Of a stretch of 64,000 bases of DNA, positions 49,159 to 59,107 are shown piece by piece; positions within the stretch are counted from its first letter, which is position 1; every line of letters begins with the position of its first letter. The stretch is taken from positions 52,634 through 116,633 of the forward strand of contig JBELHN010000001.1 in the NCBI GenBank assembly GCA_042091395.1, read 5' to 3'. The position numbers were made by a program, and so were the translations under genes. The notes beneath the pieces were generated by a model. It saw only the letters and a program-made list of their open reading frames with translations. It was not told the DNA's origin and searched no databases. This stretch comes from Colwellia sp. GTDB taxonomy: Bacteria > Pseudomonadota > Gammaproteobacteria > Enterobacterales > Alteromonadaceae.

Positions 49159-49944
49159 ATGAATAAATCCCCCGTTCGTATTATGAAAAATGGTCAAGGA
49201 TCAGACGTTTGGCCTTTACCTAATGTTGAGCAGCAACCTAATGCCGAGGAATCCAATAAAACCAATGCGTTTGGCAAAAAATCTAACTGGGTGTATGAAG
49301 CTCCAGAGCCAGAAATCATTGAACCTGAACCGTTAACCGCTCAAGATATTGAAGATATTCGCGTTGCGGCAAGTGAAGAGGGTTTTAAGCAAGGTAAGGA
49401 AGAGGGCTATATTAAGGGCTTTGAAGAAGGTAAAAAAGAAGGCTACGAAGCTGGCAAAGAATTAGGCATTAATGAAGGTACTGCGGAAGGTTTAGTAAAG
49501 GGTAAACATGCTATTGATTTACAAACAAAGCAATGGCAAACCTTAATTGATCAGTTGCATACTCCGTTAGCAAGTGTCGAACAAAATGTTGAAGAACAAT
49601 TACTTAATTTAGTGTTACAACTTACTGAGGCGGTTGTGCTGCAGGAGGCTAAAACGAACCCTGATATTTTAATGGCGGCAATTGCTGCAGGTATAAAGAA
49701 TTTGCCTAGTAGTGAAGCAGAAACACAAATTTGTTTGAACCCAGAGGATATAAAAAGGGTAGAAGACCAATTTGGAGCTGATTATATTCAACAACAGGGT
49801 TGGCGATTACTGCCAGCTCCTCAGCTTGCACAAGGAAGTTGTCAAATAGAAAATAGTACATCGCATATTGATTTACAGATGAAAACTCGACTAAAGCAAG
49901 TCCTTGAGCCTTTTTTACAAGATGCTTTACATCAAACATCTTAA
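49159..49944 (+). CDS. fliH: Flagellar export ATPase regulator FliH
   Basis: Contains repeated E/K-G-xxx-G segments typical of FliH. Position is between fliG and fliI. Confidence 0.85.
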   Translation: MNKSPVRIMKNGQGSDVWPLPNVEQQPNAEESNKTNAFGKKSNWVYEAPEPEIIEPEPLTAQDIEDIRVAASEEGFKQGKEEGYIKGFEEGKKEGYEAGKELGINEGTAEGLVKGKHAIDLQTKQWQTLIDQLHTPLASVEQNVEEQLLNLVLQLTEAVVLQEAKTNPDILMAAIAAGIKNLPSSEAETQICLNPEDIKRVEDQFGADYIQQQGWRLLPAPQLAQGSCQIENSTSHIDLQMKTRLKQVLEPFLQDALHQTS

Positions 49945-49984
49945 TTAATACTCACTAACATTATGATGCATTGAGGTAACCATT

Positions 49985-51343
49985 TTGGTTGATAGTTTGC
50001 GTTTAAGCCAGCGATTAAAGAAAAGCCAAGCGTTTATTAACGATTTCAAAGCACCTGTTGCAGGCAGGTTAGTGCGAGTTGTTGGCTTAACATTAGAAGC
50101 AGTGGGCGTTAAAGCCTCGGTAGGCAGTCAATGTCTGGTAGAAACTGCACAGGGTGAGTTATTGGCCGAAGTGGTCGGCTTTGCAAACGATATTACCTTT
50201 TTAATGCCGGAAGAAAGTTTACAAGGCGTTATGCCCGGAGCCAGAGTGCTGCCTTTATCTTCTCGGGCAAACATACCACTGACTATGGATTTATTAGGCC
50301 GAGTGATTAATGGTGTTGGTAAACCTCTTGATGGAAAGGGCCCAGTTAGAGCAGATACTAGTTACTCCGTCGATAAAAAGCCTATTAACCCTTTGTCACG
50401 TCGCGCTATTTCAGATGTTTTGGATGTAGGCGTTCGCTCCATTAACAGTTTTATTAGTGTTGGAAAAGGTCAACGTATGGGGTTGTTTGCTGGATCTGGT
50501 GTTGGTAAAAGTGTGCTTATGGGCATGATGACGCGAGGTACAACAGCCGATGTGGTTGTTGTAGGACTGGTAGGTGAGCGGGGGCGAGAAGTAAAAGAGT
50601 TTATTGAAGAAATTTTAGGTGAAGAAGGCTTAAAGCGAGCCGTTGTTGTTGCCGCACCTGCTGATAACTCCCCATTGATGCGACTTAAAGGCTGTGAGAC
50701 AGCGGTACAAATTAGTGAATATTTTCGAGACCAAGGTTTAAATGTTCTATTGCTGCTTGACTCACTCACTCGCTACGCGCAAGCACAACGTGAAATAGCC
50801 CTAGCAGTAGGGGAGCCTCCAGCCACTAAAGGTTATCCGCCTTCGGTATTTTCAAAGCTACCTCAACTGGTTGAGCGAGCCGGTAATGGTGGTGAAGGAC
50901 AGGGCTCTATTACGGCATTTTACACAGTACTAACAGAGGGAGATGATTTACAAGACCCTATTGCTGATGCAGCGCGAGCGATTTTAGATGGCCATGTTGT
51001 GTTGTCTCGCGAGCTAGCTGACGCTGGACACTACCCAGCTGTTAACATTGAGGGATCAATTTCACGAGTTATGCCGATGGTGACGACAGATGAACATCAA
51101 GAGCTAGCTAAACAACTCAAACAAATGTATGCCTTGTACCAACAAAATAAAGATTTAATTGCTATTGGCGCCTATACCAAAGGCAATGATCCTAGGATTG
51201 ATCAAGCGATTAATGTAATGCCAGTGATTAATTTCTTCTTACAACAGAAGATTAATGAAGTTATTCCTTATGATCAGAGTATTGCTCAACTGCAAGAGAT
51301 TATCGCTGCTGCTCATGCGCACAATCAACAATCAGCGAGTTAG
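49985..51343 (+). CDS. fliI: Flagellum-specific ATPase FliI
   Basis: TTG start, Walker A GSGVGKS and Walker B LLLLDSLTR. Confidence 0.95.
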   Translation: MVDSLRLSQRLKKSQAFINDFKAPVAGRLVRVVGLTLEAVGVKASVGSQCLVETAQGELLAEVVGFANDITFLMPEESLQGVMPGARVLPLSSRANIPLTMDLLGRVINGVGKPLDGKGPVRADTSYSVDKKPINPLSRRAISDVLDVGVRSINSFISVGKGQRMGLFAGSGVGKSVLMGMMTRGTTADVVVVGLVGERGREVKEFIEEILGEEGLKRAVVVAAPADNSPLMRLKGCETAVQISEYFRDQGLNVLLLLDSLTRYAQAQREIALAVGEPPATKGYPPSVFSKLPQLVERAGNGGEGQGSITAFYTVLTEGDDLQDPIADAARAILDGHVVLSRELADAGHYPAVNIEGSISRVMPMVTTDEHQELAKQLKQMYALYQQNKDLIAIGAYTKGNDPRIDQAINVMPVINFFLQQKINEVIPYDQSIAQLQEIIAAAHAHNQQSAS

Positions 51344-51451
51344 TGCCTGACATCTTGATAACAAAAAACCTCAGTTTAATGTCGATTTTGAATAGTATGT
51401 TAATGACTAAAATATTTTGCAACAAAAGGCATCAAAAAATGGAAATTAACA

Positions 51452-51883
51452 ATGCAGCAGCTTGAAACACTTTTAAAATATGAACGAGATAATGAGCAAC
51501 GATGTGCTGATCAATTAAAAATAGCTGAGCATGAATATCAACAAAACATTAGCCGTTTAGCTGGTGTTGGCGAGTATCGTTTAGAATATATGAAGCGATT
51601 AAGTCAGCGAGCTGAAAATGGTTTAGACAGCGCCACTTACACTCATTACCATGCTTTTATCGCAAAACTTGACGCTGCTGCTGATCAAGTTGAAATAGCC
51701 GTAACGCAAGCAAAAGCCTTAGTAGATCAAACTAAAAACATCTGGCTAAAACAAAGACAAAAAGTAAAAGCGGTGGAATTACTTTGTGAGCAACGTCAAA
51801 AAAAGTTAGACAAAGTAGCTGAAAAAATTGAACAAAAAATGTTTGATGAAATAGCTACACAACGATATTTAAGACGCCTTTAA
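51452..51883 (+). CDS. fliJ: Flagellar export stalk/chaperone protein FliJ
   Basis: 143-aa coiled-coil protein directly after fliI. Confidence 0.85.
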   Translation: MQQLETLLKYERDNEQRCADQLKIAEHEYQQNISRLAGVGEYRLEYMKRLSQRAENGLDSATYTHYHAFIAKLDAAADQVEIAVTQAKALVDQTKNIWLKQRQKVKAVELLCEQRQKKLDKVAEKIEQKMFDEIATQRYLRRL

Positions 51884-51910
51884 CGGTAATTCTTGTTTAT
51901 TGAAATGTAC

Positions 51911-51926
51911 TGGAACGCTTTTTGCT
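51911..51926 (+). promoter_or_regulatory. Sigma-54 promoter of fliK operon
   Basis: TGGAAC-GCTTT-TTGCT with exact spacing, about 115 nt upstream of the fliK ATG. Confidence 0.65.
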
Positions 51927-52043
51927 TTACTTCCTTTATTAAGCAAAAAATAGCAATGTTATATCAATATGATCGACTATTTAATGTGATATACAAGTGC
52001 TTTTTTATCGCAATGTCAGATAATTTACGTTAATGGGAATATT

Positions 52044-54197
52044 ATGCAGTCACTCAATGTTATAACCAATATTTTATCGCAAGATACTGATTTAAATATC
52101 AAAGATAATTTAGAGCAGAGTTATAATCACGATGAAAAAGCGAACTTCTCACATTTAGTTAATCAACATATCGCCGAAGAAAAACGAACTAGTGCTAATA
52201 AAGAACAATCTAAGCGTGAACATACTCACCCGGAAGTAAGTAGGAAAACTTTTGCCGCTTCTGAGCGTGAAGAACCAAATGATATAAATCAACAAGCTAC
52301 TGACCAAATTAAATCAGAATCAGAAATTAGCGAACAAGTAAGCTTTATAACGGTAGAGAACACCTCAGAAAATCCAACATCATCAGTGTTAGCACTATCC
52401 ATTGAATATGAGATTGATGACAGTAATGAATCTTATCAAGATGTTGATGGTACTGAAGAAAAAGTGACTGTGAAACAACACTCGCCAGAGCAATTTATGA
52501 GCTTGCTTTACAATAGCGATAAAACATTAACCTCATCAACTGCAGACTCTAACTTATCAATTGCACAAGAAGATACCGATAAACAGCTGTCTGATTTTGA
52601 TGTAGCAAGGGTCAACCCTCTAAAAATGAAAAGCTTAGAAACTGAGTCGGCTAAGTCTGAGCTAACAGACTATGTTTCTAGAACTGTGACTAAGCAAGGC
52701 GAAGCGAGTATTCACAATCTTGTAGAAGAAAAAAATAGTTTATCGTCTCTTGATACAGCAGTTAAAAAAATACCAGAAGAATCAGTAGATAAAAAATTAA
52801 ATCAACCTGCGCCGCAAGCACCTTTAGTGGTTGCTAATCAACTTAAAAGTAAGGCTATTCCCAAGCATGATGAAGTAAAACAGCAACTGACTTCAAAAGT
52901 TCATAGTGAACTAAGTAGCGAGACTGGTGAAACTTCTGCTGATCAGCAATTCAACAAAAATAACGAAATTATCAGGGGGGTTTTAGGAGATATAACTCTA
53001 CCTGAGAAATCATCAAAAAATCAAAGCAGTCAAGGCTTCTCTTCGAGTAACAATCAACCTGAAGTTTATCAGGGCGATAAACAAACCAGTCAAGGCTTCT
53101 CTAAGAGTAACAATCAACCTGAAGTTTATCAGGGCGATAAACAAACAAGTCATCAAATCGAGCCAGATATTATTGATGATGCCATCGGTTTGCAGTCAGA
53201 CAACATGGTAGAGAGTCACAAAAATCAGACTGTTAATGTATATCAAAAAAACACTACCTCAACTAATCCTGAAGCAAAAACAACTCAGCCTGAAAATTTA
53301 ATAAAGGGACTGACAATAAATAACAAAATCATACCTGAAAACAATGTTGATAATGTTAATGCATTACAGGCTAATGATAAGTATATTGAAAAAGAATTCT
53401 ATGTGGTTAACCAAACCATAAATCGTAGTGAAAATATGTCACAACGAATTATAAAAAATTCAGCTGAACAAAGTCAGAATAGTGTTACTGATGATGAATA
53501 TTTGAAGGAAAACCCGGAAGAGTCAATCTCCTCTGAAATTGACGATACCTTGTTAAACGTTGATAAACCCAAAGTGGCTAAGTCTGTCAATGTATTTTCT
53601 GATAACACCACTTCGCGATTGTCGCAAGAGGTACAATTTCAAACAAGCCAAACATTGCAAAATAAACACAGTAATGAAGCTTATTTAGCACATCAGGTAA
53701 CAGAAGCATTACACCACAACATAGCCAGTGATACCGTACATATTCAAAAGAATAATATTCAATTACAACAAGAAACTATTGCTATTTTTAGAAAAGATTT
53801 TGCTGATGCGGTAAAAGATAAAGTGTTGGTTATGATTAACCAAAAATTGCAAAAATTTGAAATTACCTTGGATCCCCCTGAATTTGGCAATATGCAAGTA
53901 CGTGTTAATTTACAAGGTGAGCAAGCATCAGTTAACTTTGTTGTTCAAAATCAGCAAGCTAAAGAAGCTCTTGAACACAATATGCAAAAATTAAAAGACA
54001 TGTTGTCGGAGCAAGGCGTCGATGTTGGTGGCGCTAACGTCGAGCAACAAAACCAAAGAGATCAAAATGAACAACGTAATAACTTTACTGGCAGTGAATT
54101 AAATAACGATACATTACTTAGTGAAGCTGAGACTCAACAAGTATTTAGTGCAAATATACATGATATTTCTGAAACGGCGATAGATTACTATGCTTAA
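52044..54197 (+). CDS. fliK: Hook-length control protein FliK (long, 717 aa)
   Basis: Conserved C-terminal Flg_hook block LDPPEFGNMQVRVNLQGEQASVNFVVQNQQAKEAL. The N-terminal and central region is long, low-complexity and S/N/Q/E-rich. Confidence 0.8.
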   Translation: MQSLNVITNILSQDTDLNIKDNLEQSYNHDEKANFSHLVNQHIAEEKRTSANKEQSKREHTHPEVSRKTFAASEREEPNDINQQATDQIKSESEISEQVSFITVENTSENPTSSVLALSIEYEIDDSNESYQDVDGTEEKVTVKQHSPEQFMSLLYNSDKTLTSSTADSNLSIAQEDTDKQLSDFDVARVNPLKMKSLETESAKSELTDYVSRTVTKQGEASIHNLVEEKNSLSSLDTAVKKIPEESVDKKLNQPAPQAPLVVANQLKSKAIPKHDEVKQQLTSKVHSELSSETGETSADQQFNKNNEIIRGVLGDITLPEKSSKNQSSQGFSSSNNQPEVYQGDKQTSQGFSKSNNQPEVYQGDKQTSHQIEPDIIDDAIGLQSDNMVESHKNQTVNVYQKNTTSTNPEAKTTQPENLIKGLTINNKIIPENNVDNVNALQANDKYIEKEFYVVNQTINRSENMSQRIIKNSAEQSQNSVTDDEYLKENPEESISSEIDDTLLNVDKPKVAKSVNVFSDNTTSRLSQEVQFQTSQTLQNKHSNEAYLAHQVTEALHHNIASDTVHIQKNNIQLQQETIAIFRKDFADAVKDKVLVMINQKLQKFEITLDPPEFGNMQVRVNLQGEQASVNFVVQNQQAKEALEHNMQKLKDMLSEQGVDVGGANVEQQNQRDQNEQRNNFTGSELNNDTLLSEAETQQVFSANIHDISETAIDYYA
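53027..53146 (+). repeat. In-frame tandem duplication (2 x 60 bp) inside fliK
   Basis: Two adjacent 60-bp units differ at about 2-3 positions. They encode SQGFSSSNNQPEVYQGDKQT and SQGFSKSNNQPEVYQGDKQT. Confidence 0.9.
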
Positions 54198-54332
54198 TTG
54201 ATTAAAATCAGAGCTAGATATCGAAAACACATTGGTTCTAGGACTATTCAAGGCTATAGTCTTTCAATATACTTAAGTTATTTAGTAGTTATTGATTATT
54301 GTCGAGTAGTTTAGACCTATACAAGGATTCCT

Positions 54333-54893
54333 ATGGCAGAAGAAAAAGAAAAAGGCGCTGAAAAAGAATTGCAATTAGATGAGGCAAATAAAAAGAAAAA
54401 AAAACTTATCATAATCATTGCTGCAGTTCTGATAACGTTAATCTTGATTATTGTCAGTTATTGGTTATTTGTCGCTAATGACGATAACAGTGTTGCTCCT
54501 CAAACTGAAAGTCAGCTCAATAACGACCTAACTTCTAGTAATACTCAAGCAGTTAATGAAGGGGTTAGTATTGGCTCAGCTTTGTATGTGCCGATGCCAA
54601 GACCTTTTAGGTTTAATGTGCCGGGTGCTGCGCGCGATCGTTTCGTCGAAATAAGAGTGCAATTGATGGTTCGGGGCAGCGATAACGATGAAAATGCCAA
54701 AATGCATATTCCATTAATAGAGAGCACCTTATTAGGTATTTTTTCTCAAGCTAATGCTGATGACCTAGCTACAAGTGCAGGTAAGGCCTCATTAAAACAA
54801 AAAGCACTATTGGCGGTTCAAAAAGTGATGACCGATATTGAAGGAAATAAAACGATTGAGAAAGTACTTTTTACCGGTTTTGTTATGCAATAA
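54333..54893 (+). CDS. fliL: Flagellar basal-body-associated protein FliL
   Basis: Single N-terminal transmembrane segment after a K-rich stretch, plus a FliL-family C-terminal domain. Position is before fliM. Confidence 0.85.
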   Translation: MAEEKEKGAEKELQLDEANKKKKKLIIIIAAVLITLILIIVSYWLFVANDDNSVAPQTESQLNNDLTSSNTQAVNEGVSIGSALYVPMPRPFRFNVPGAARDRFVEIRVQLMVRGSDNDENAKMHIPLIESTLLGIFSQANADDLATSAGKASLKQKALLAVQKVMTDIEGNKTIEKVLFTGFVMQ

Positions 54894-54954
54894 CCAAAAT
54901 TAGCAAGGTTTGCTGCTTTAAGCGATATTATATTATGACAAAAGAGATTATTGA

Positions 54955-56019
54955 GTGAGCGATTTATTATCACAAGACGAAATCGATGCTTTATTACATG
55001 GCGTTGATGATGTTGAAGAAGAGGAAATAATTGAGGATGTTGTTGAGTCACCTGACGGCACCATAGATTATGATTTTTCTTCACAAGATCGTATTGTCCG
55101 TGGTCGAATGCCAACTCTGGAAATGGTTAATGAACGTTTCGCTCGTCATATGCGCATCAGTTTGTTCAATATGATGCGCAGAACAGCGGAAGTTTCTATT
55201 AACGGCATACAAATGATCAAATTTGGTGAATACATTCATACCTTGTTTGTGCCTACCAGCCTCAATATGGTGCGTTTTAGACCGTTAAAAGGAACTGCGC
55301 TTATCACTATGGAAGCCAGGTTAGTCTTTATCCTTGTTGATAACTTTTTTGGTGGTGATGGTCGTTATCATGCCAAAATAGAAGGTCGCGAATTTACACC
55401 AACCGAGCGCAGAATCATTCAGATGCTCTTAAAGCTTATTTTTGAGGATTACAAAGAAGCTTGGTCACCTGTTATGGATGTATCTTTTGAGTACCTAGAT
55501 TCAGAAGTTAACCCTTCCATGGCAAATATTGTTAGTCCTACTGAAGTTGTGGTAATTAGTTCATTTCATATTGAACTAGATGGTGGTGGTGGTGATTTTC
55601 ATATCGCTTTACCTTATTCCATGCTCGAACCCATTCGAGAATTACTTGATGCCGGGGTGCAAAGTGATAAAGAAGATACTGACATGCGTTGGTCAAAAGC
55701 ACTTCGTGATGAAATTATGGATGTGCCAGTTAGTATTAATACCAAGTTTATCGAGGTAGATATCCCTTTGAGTCAGGTGATGGAGTTACAAGCTGGCGAT
55801 ATTATTCCGATTGAAATGCCAGAACACATTACAGTATTAATTGAAGATTTACCAACGTATAGAGCAAAACTTGGTCGTACTAGAGATAATATTGCTTTAA
55901 AAATTGAATCAAAAATTAAGCGGCCAGAGTCTGCTAAATCTGAATTAACTATTTTAACTAAAGGTGGTAAGCGCCTTGATAGTGACGCAGAAATCCACCT
56001 TTTAGAAGATGACTTGTGA
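54955..56019 (+). CDS. fliM: Switch protein FliM
   Basis: GTG start and the N-terminal CheY-P binding motif LLSQDEIDALL. Confidence 0.95.
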   Translation: MSDLLSQDEIDALLHGVDDVEEEEIIEDVVESPDGTIDYDFSSQDRIVRGRMPTLEMVNERFARHMRISLFNMMRRTAEVSINGIQMIKFGEYIHTLFVPTSLNMVRFRPLKGTALITMEARLVFILVDNFFGGDGRYHAKIEGREFTPTERRIIQMLLKLIFEDYKEAWSPVMDVSFEYLDSEVNPSMANIVSPTEVVVISSFHIELDGGGGDFHIALPYSMLEPIRELLDAGVQSDKEDTDMRWSKALRDEIMDVPVSINTKFIEVDIPLSQVMELQAGDIIPIEMPEHITVLIEDLPTYRAKLGRTRDNIALKIESKIKRPESAKSELTILTKGGKRLDSDAEIHLLEDDL

Positions 56020-56067
56020 GTAAGTCAAGTTTATCTACATAAAATATAATACATTGAGGTCAGTGGA

Positions 56068-56460
56068 ATGAGTAACGAAAAAGATGAAGATTTAAGTATG
56101 TGGGACGAAGCACTGGATGAGCAAGCCGAAGCCAGTGCTGCTAAAACAGTTGAGTTAGAAGAGTTAACCGAAGATGATAAGCCAATCAGTGGTGATGAAA
56201 AACGCAAGCTTGATGCTATTTTAGATATTCCAGTGACAATCTCCATGGAAGTGGGGCGCAGCAATATCAGTATTAGAAATCTACTTCAATTAAATCAAGG
56301 CTCTGTTGTTGAATTAGATCGAGTTGCCGGTGAGTCACTTGATGTACTTGTGAATGGCACCTTAATCGCACATGGTGAAGTTGTTGTAGTCAATGATAAG
56401 TTTGGTATCCGCTTGACGGATGTTGTCAGTCAAGTTGAACGAATTAAGAAATTAAAATAA
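56068..56460 (+). CDS. fliN: Switch protein FliN
   Basis: C-terminal SpoA domain ILDIPVTISMEVGRSNISIRNLLQLNQGSVVELD. Confidence 0.95.
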   Translation: MSNEKDEDLSMWDEALDEQAEASAAKTVELEELTEDDKPISGDEKRKLDAILDIPVTISMEVGRSNISIRNLLQLNQGSVVELDRVAGESLDVLVNGTLIAHGEVVVVNDKFGIRLTDVVSQVERIKKLK

Positions 56461-56493
56461 TTAAGAGCGTTTTGTAAGAGACTTAGTATTACC

Positions 56494-57141
56494 ATGACGA
56501 TTCAACTTATTCGTATACTACTGATTTTGAACGGATGTTTTTTATCGTGGATGACTTTTTCTCAAGAAGAGGTTGTTGATGATACAAAGCTCACCTCTGT
56601 CAACGTTGGATTAACCAAGGAGAGGCTGCAAACCGTTCAGGTACCAGACTCTGTTGTGGTAAATTCCCCTCGACAGCTTGAAAACAAGACAGAAGCTGCT
56701 GCAATCAAATCAGAAAGTTCAAAGCTATCCAATCAAGTAAAGCCACCCATTGAAACAGTACCTATTATCCATGCTGATAATGCAGATAGCCCTCAAGTTG
56801 GCAAACATGTGATGGCAAACATGAACGCTAGCAGTATGATTTTATCTTTGTTAATGGTATTGGTATTAATCTTCATTTGTGCTTTGATAATGAAGCGTTT
56901 TAATTTGGTTCAACAAGGTGTGAGCCAATTAAAAATGGTTGCTAGCTTATCATTGGGCTCAAAAGAGCGGGTTGTCGTAGTGCAAGTAGGTGAAAAACAA
57001 TTTATGTTAGGTGTTACCTCACAACAAATAAATTTAATTGAAACATTACCAGAGCCCTTATTAACCAAGCCACAAGGCTCTATAGATTTACCTAAAAGTA
57101 TATTGTCGGTACTATCAACGAAAAAACATAGCAGCCAATAA
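56494..57141 (+). CDS. fliO: Export apparatus protein FliO (with a long N-terminal extension)
   Basis: The FliO-like transmembrane segment and core occupy the last ~115 aa (MILSLLMVLVLIFICALIMKRF...GSKERVVVVQVGEKQFMLGVT). The N-terminal ~100 aa carry a second hydrophobic segment. The true start is uncertain. Confidence 0.7.
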   Translation: MTIQLIRILLILNGCFLSWMTFSQEEVVDDTKLTSVNVGLTKERLQTVQVPDSVVVNSPRQLENKTEAAAIKSESSKLSNQVKPPIETVPIIHADNADSPQVGKHVMANMNASSMILSLLMVLVLIFICALIMKRFNLVQQGVSQLKMVASLSLGSKERVVVVQVGEKQFMLGVTSQQINLIETLPEPLLTKPQGSIDLPKSILSVLSTKKHSSQ

Positions 57142-57210
57142 AAACAAGTGTATATTAAAATTTTTAATAACCATCTTATATTAGTTTGTGTAAGGAAATA
57201 CCCGTAAATT

Positions 57211-57969
57211 ATGAAAAAAAATGTATTGTTTATCCTTATCACACTAATTCTCCTGGGTTTGAGTTTTGCGTCATCGGCAGAAGACTTATCTCTATCAGCA
57301 TTGACTTTGACGACTAATCCTGATGGTTCGCAGGAGTATTCGGTAAATTTACAAATTTTAATTTTTATGACTGCGCTTGGCTTTATACCAGCAGCAGTAA
57401 TAATGATGACATCATTTACCCGTATCGTGGTGGTAATGGCTATTTTAAGGCAGGCGTTTGGTTTGCAGCAAACGCCATCTAACCAAGTTATCATTGGTTT
57501 AACCTTGTTTATGACGCTCTTTATTATGACACCTGTTTATAATCAAATTGACAAAGTAGCCATTCAGCCTTATTTGTCTGAACAAATGACTTCAAGTGAA
57601 GCATTTGAGTCAGGTAAAGTACCACTGCGCGCTTTTATGCTAGAGCAAACCCGGATAAAGGACCTTACCACGCTAGCAGAGATGTCTGGTATAGTTGCGG
57701 TTGATAAACCAACCGACTTACCCATGACCGTTATTATTCCTGCGTTTATCATCAGTGAGTTAAAAACGGCTTTTCAAATCGGTTTTATCTTGTTCATTCC
57801 TTTTTTAATTATTGACCTTGTGGTTGCCAGTATTTTGATGGCTATGGGTATGATGATGCTGTCGCCAATGATTGTTTCTTTGCCGTTTAAATTAATGCTG
57901 TTTGTGTTAGTTGATGGTTGGAATTTAGTGATAGGCACTATTGCGACAAGTTATGGCTTAGGAAATTAA
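57211..57969 (+). CDS. fliP: Export apparatus protein FliP
   Basis: Signal peptide plus conserved FliP blocks ([32 protein letters not shown]). Confidence 0.95.
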   Translation: MKKNVLFILITLILLGLSFASSAEDLSLSALTLTTNPDGSQEYSVNLQILIFMTALGFIPAAVIMMTSFTRIVVVMAILRQAFGLQQTPSNQVIIGLTLFMTLFIMTPVYNQIDKVAIQPYLSEQMTSSEAFESGKVPLRAFMLEQTRIKDLTTLAEMSGIVAVDKPTDLPMTVIIPAFIISELKTAFQIGFILFIPFLIIDLVVASILMAMGMMMLSPMIVSLPFKLMLFVLVDGWNLVIGTIATSYGLGN

Positions 57970-58017
57970 TATTGTGTTGATACCAATACAATAAAAATAT
58001 GTAATTGTGAGGGGCTT

Positions 58018-58287
58018 ATGGGTCCGGAAATCTATATTGACATGCTTGGTGATGCATTACTGTTAGTGATAATTTTAGTTTGCGCTATTATCCTTCCCAG
58101 TTTAGCCGTTGGTTTAATGGTAGCGGTATTTCAAGCAGCAACCTCAATTAATGAGCAAACATTAAGCTTTTTACCGCGATTAATTGTTACCTTAATAGCG
58201 CTAATTATTGGCGGACACTGGTTAGTTCAAAAGCTCATGGATTATACGATTCGTTTAATTGCCAATATCCCGAGTGTTATTATTTAG
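58018..58287 (+). CDS. fliQ: Export apparatus protein FliQ
   Basis: 89 aa with two transmembrane segments and the motif AATSINEQTLSF. Confidence 0.95.
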   Translation: MGPEIYIDMLGDALLLVIILVCAIILPSLAVGLMVAVFQAATSINEQTLSFLPRLIVTLIALIIGGHWLVQKLMDYTIRLIANIPSVII

Positions 58288-58324
58288 CTATGGGTAAAAA
58301 TTTGCTACAAAACAAGGCTATTTA

Positions 58325-59107
58325 ATGGAGTTTACTGAGTCTATTGTAAATCAATACATGGCTGATTTTATTTTGCCATTTAGTCGTGTGTCAGCATTAG
58401 TCATGACGATGATAGGCTTTGGTGCTAAAACAATTCCTGGGCGAGTTAAGCTGTTCTTATGTTTAAGTATTACCGTAGCTGTCATGCCCGCTATACCCTC
58501 TGCAACAGTTCCTGAGCTACTATCACTCAAAACTTTCATACTGCTGGGGCAACAAACAATTATTGGTGTAATGCTCGGTTTTGTAACCATTATGGTGGTT
58601 AATACGTTTACCTTGGCAGGGCAAATTATTGCTATGCAGTCGGGTTTGGGGTTTGCCTCTTTGGTCGATCCCGCTAGTGGTATGAATGTACCAGCTATCG
58701 GACAATTCTTTTTAATTCTATCGTCATTATTATTTTGGGTAATGGATGGTCACCTTGCTTATTTGCAGTTTGTTGTGGCTAGCTTTGAGACCTTACCAAT
58801 ACCGACAGAAAGCTTATCGAGTATTAAGTTCCGCGAGATTGTAGAGTGGGGCAGCTGGATGTTTGCTACGGCTCTTTCATTGGCTCTTGCACCTATAACG
58901 GCTATGCTATTAATTAACTTCTCTTTTGGTATCATGACACGTGCAGCACCTCAACTTAATATTTTTGCTATTGGCTTTCCTATTACCATGATGGCAGGTT
59001 TGTTAATTATGTGGCTGACTTTTGGTAATTTTTTCACTCATTTTGAACTACAGTGGCAACGGGCTCTTGATTTTAGCTGCTACCTTATAGACTGTCAGGT
59101 GGCGTAA
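58325..59107 (+). CDS. fliR: Export apparatus protein FliR
   Basis: 260-aa polytopic membrane protein positioned between fliQ and flhB. Confidence 0.9.
   Translation: MEFTESIVNQYMADFILPFSRVSALVMTMIGFGAKTIPGRVKLFLCLSITVAVMPAIPSATVPELLSLKTFILLGQQTIIGVMLGFVTIMVVNTFTLAGQIIAMQSGLGFASLVDPASGMNVPAIGQFFLILSSLLFWVMDGHLAYLQFVVASFETLPIPTESLSSIKFREIVEWGSWMFATALSLALAPITAMLLINFSFGIMTRAAPQLNIFAIGFPITMMAGLLIMWLTFGNFFTHFELQWQRALDFSCYLIDCQVA

Noticed and set aside
49330-49520. Repetitive EGxxKG / EEGxxxG pattern in FliH as a possible novel repeat.
   Set aside because: Glycine-repeat (AxxxG/GxxxG) segments are a known hallmark of FliH/YscL-family proteins.
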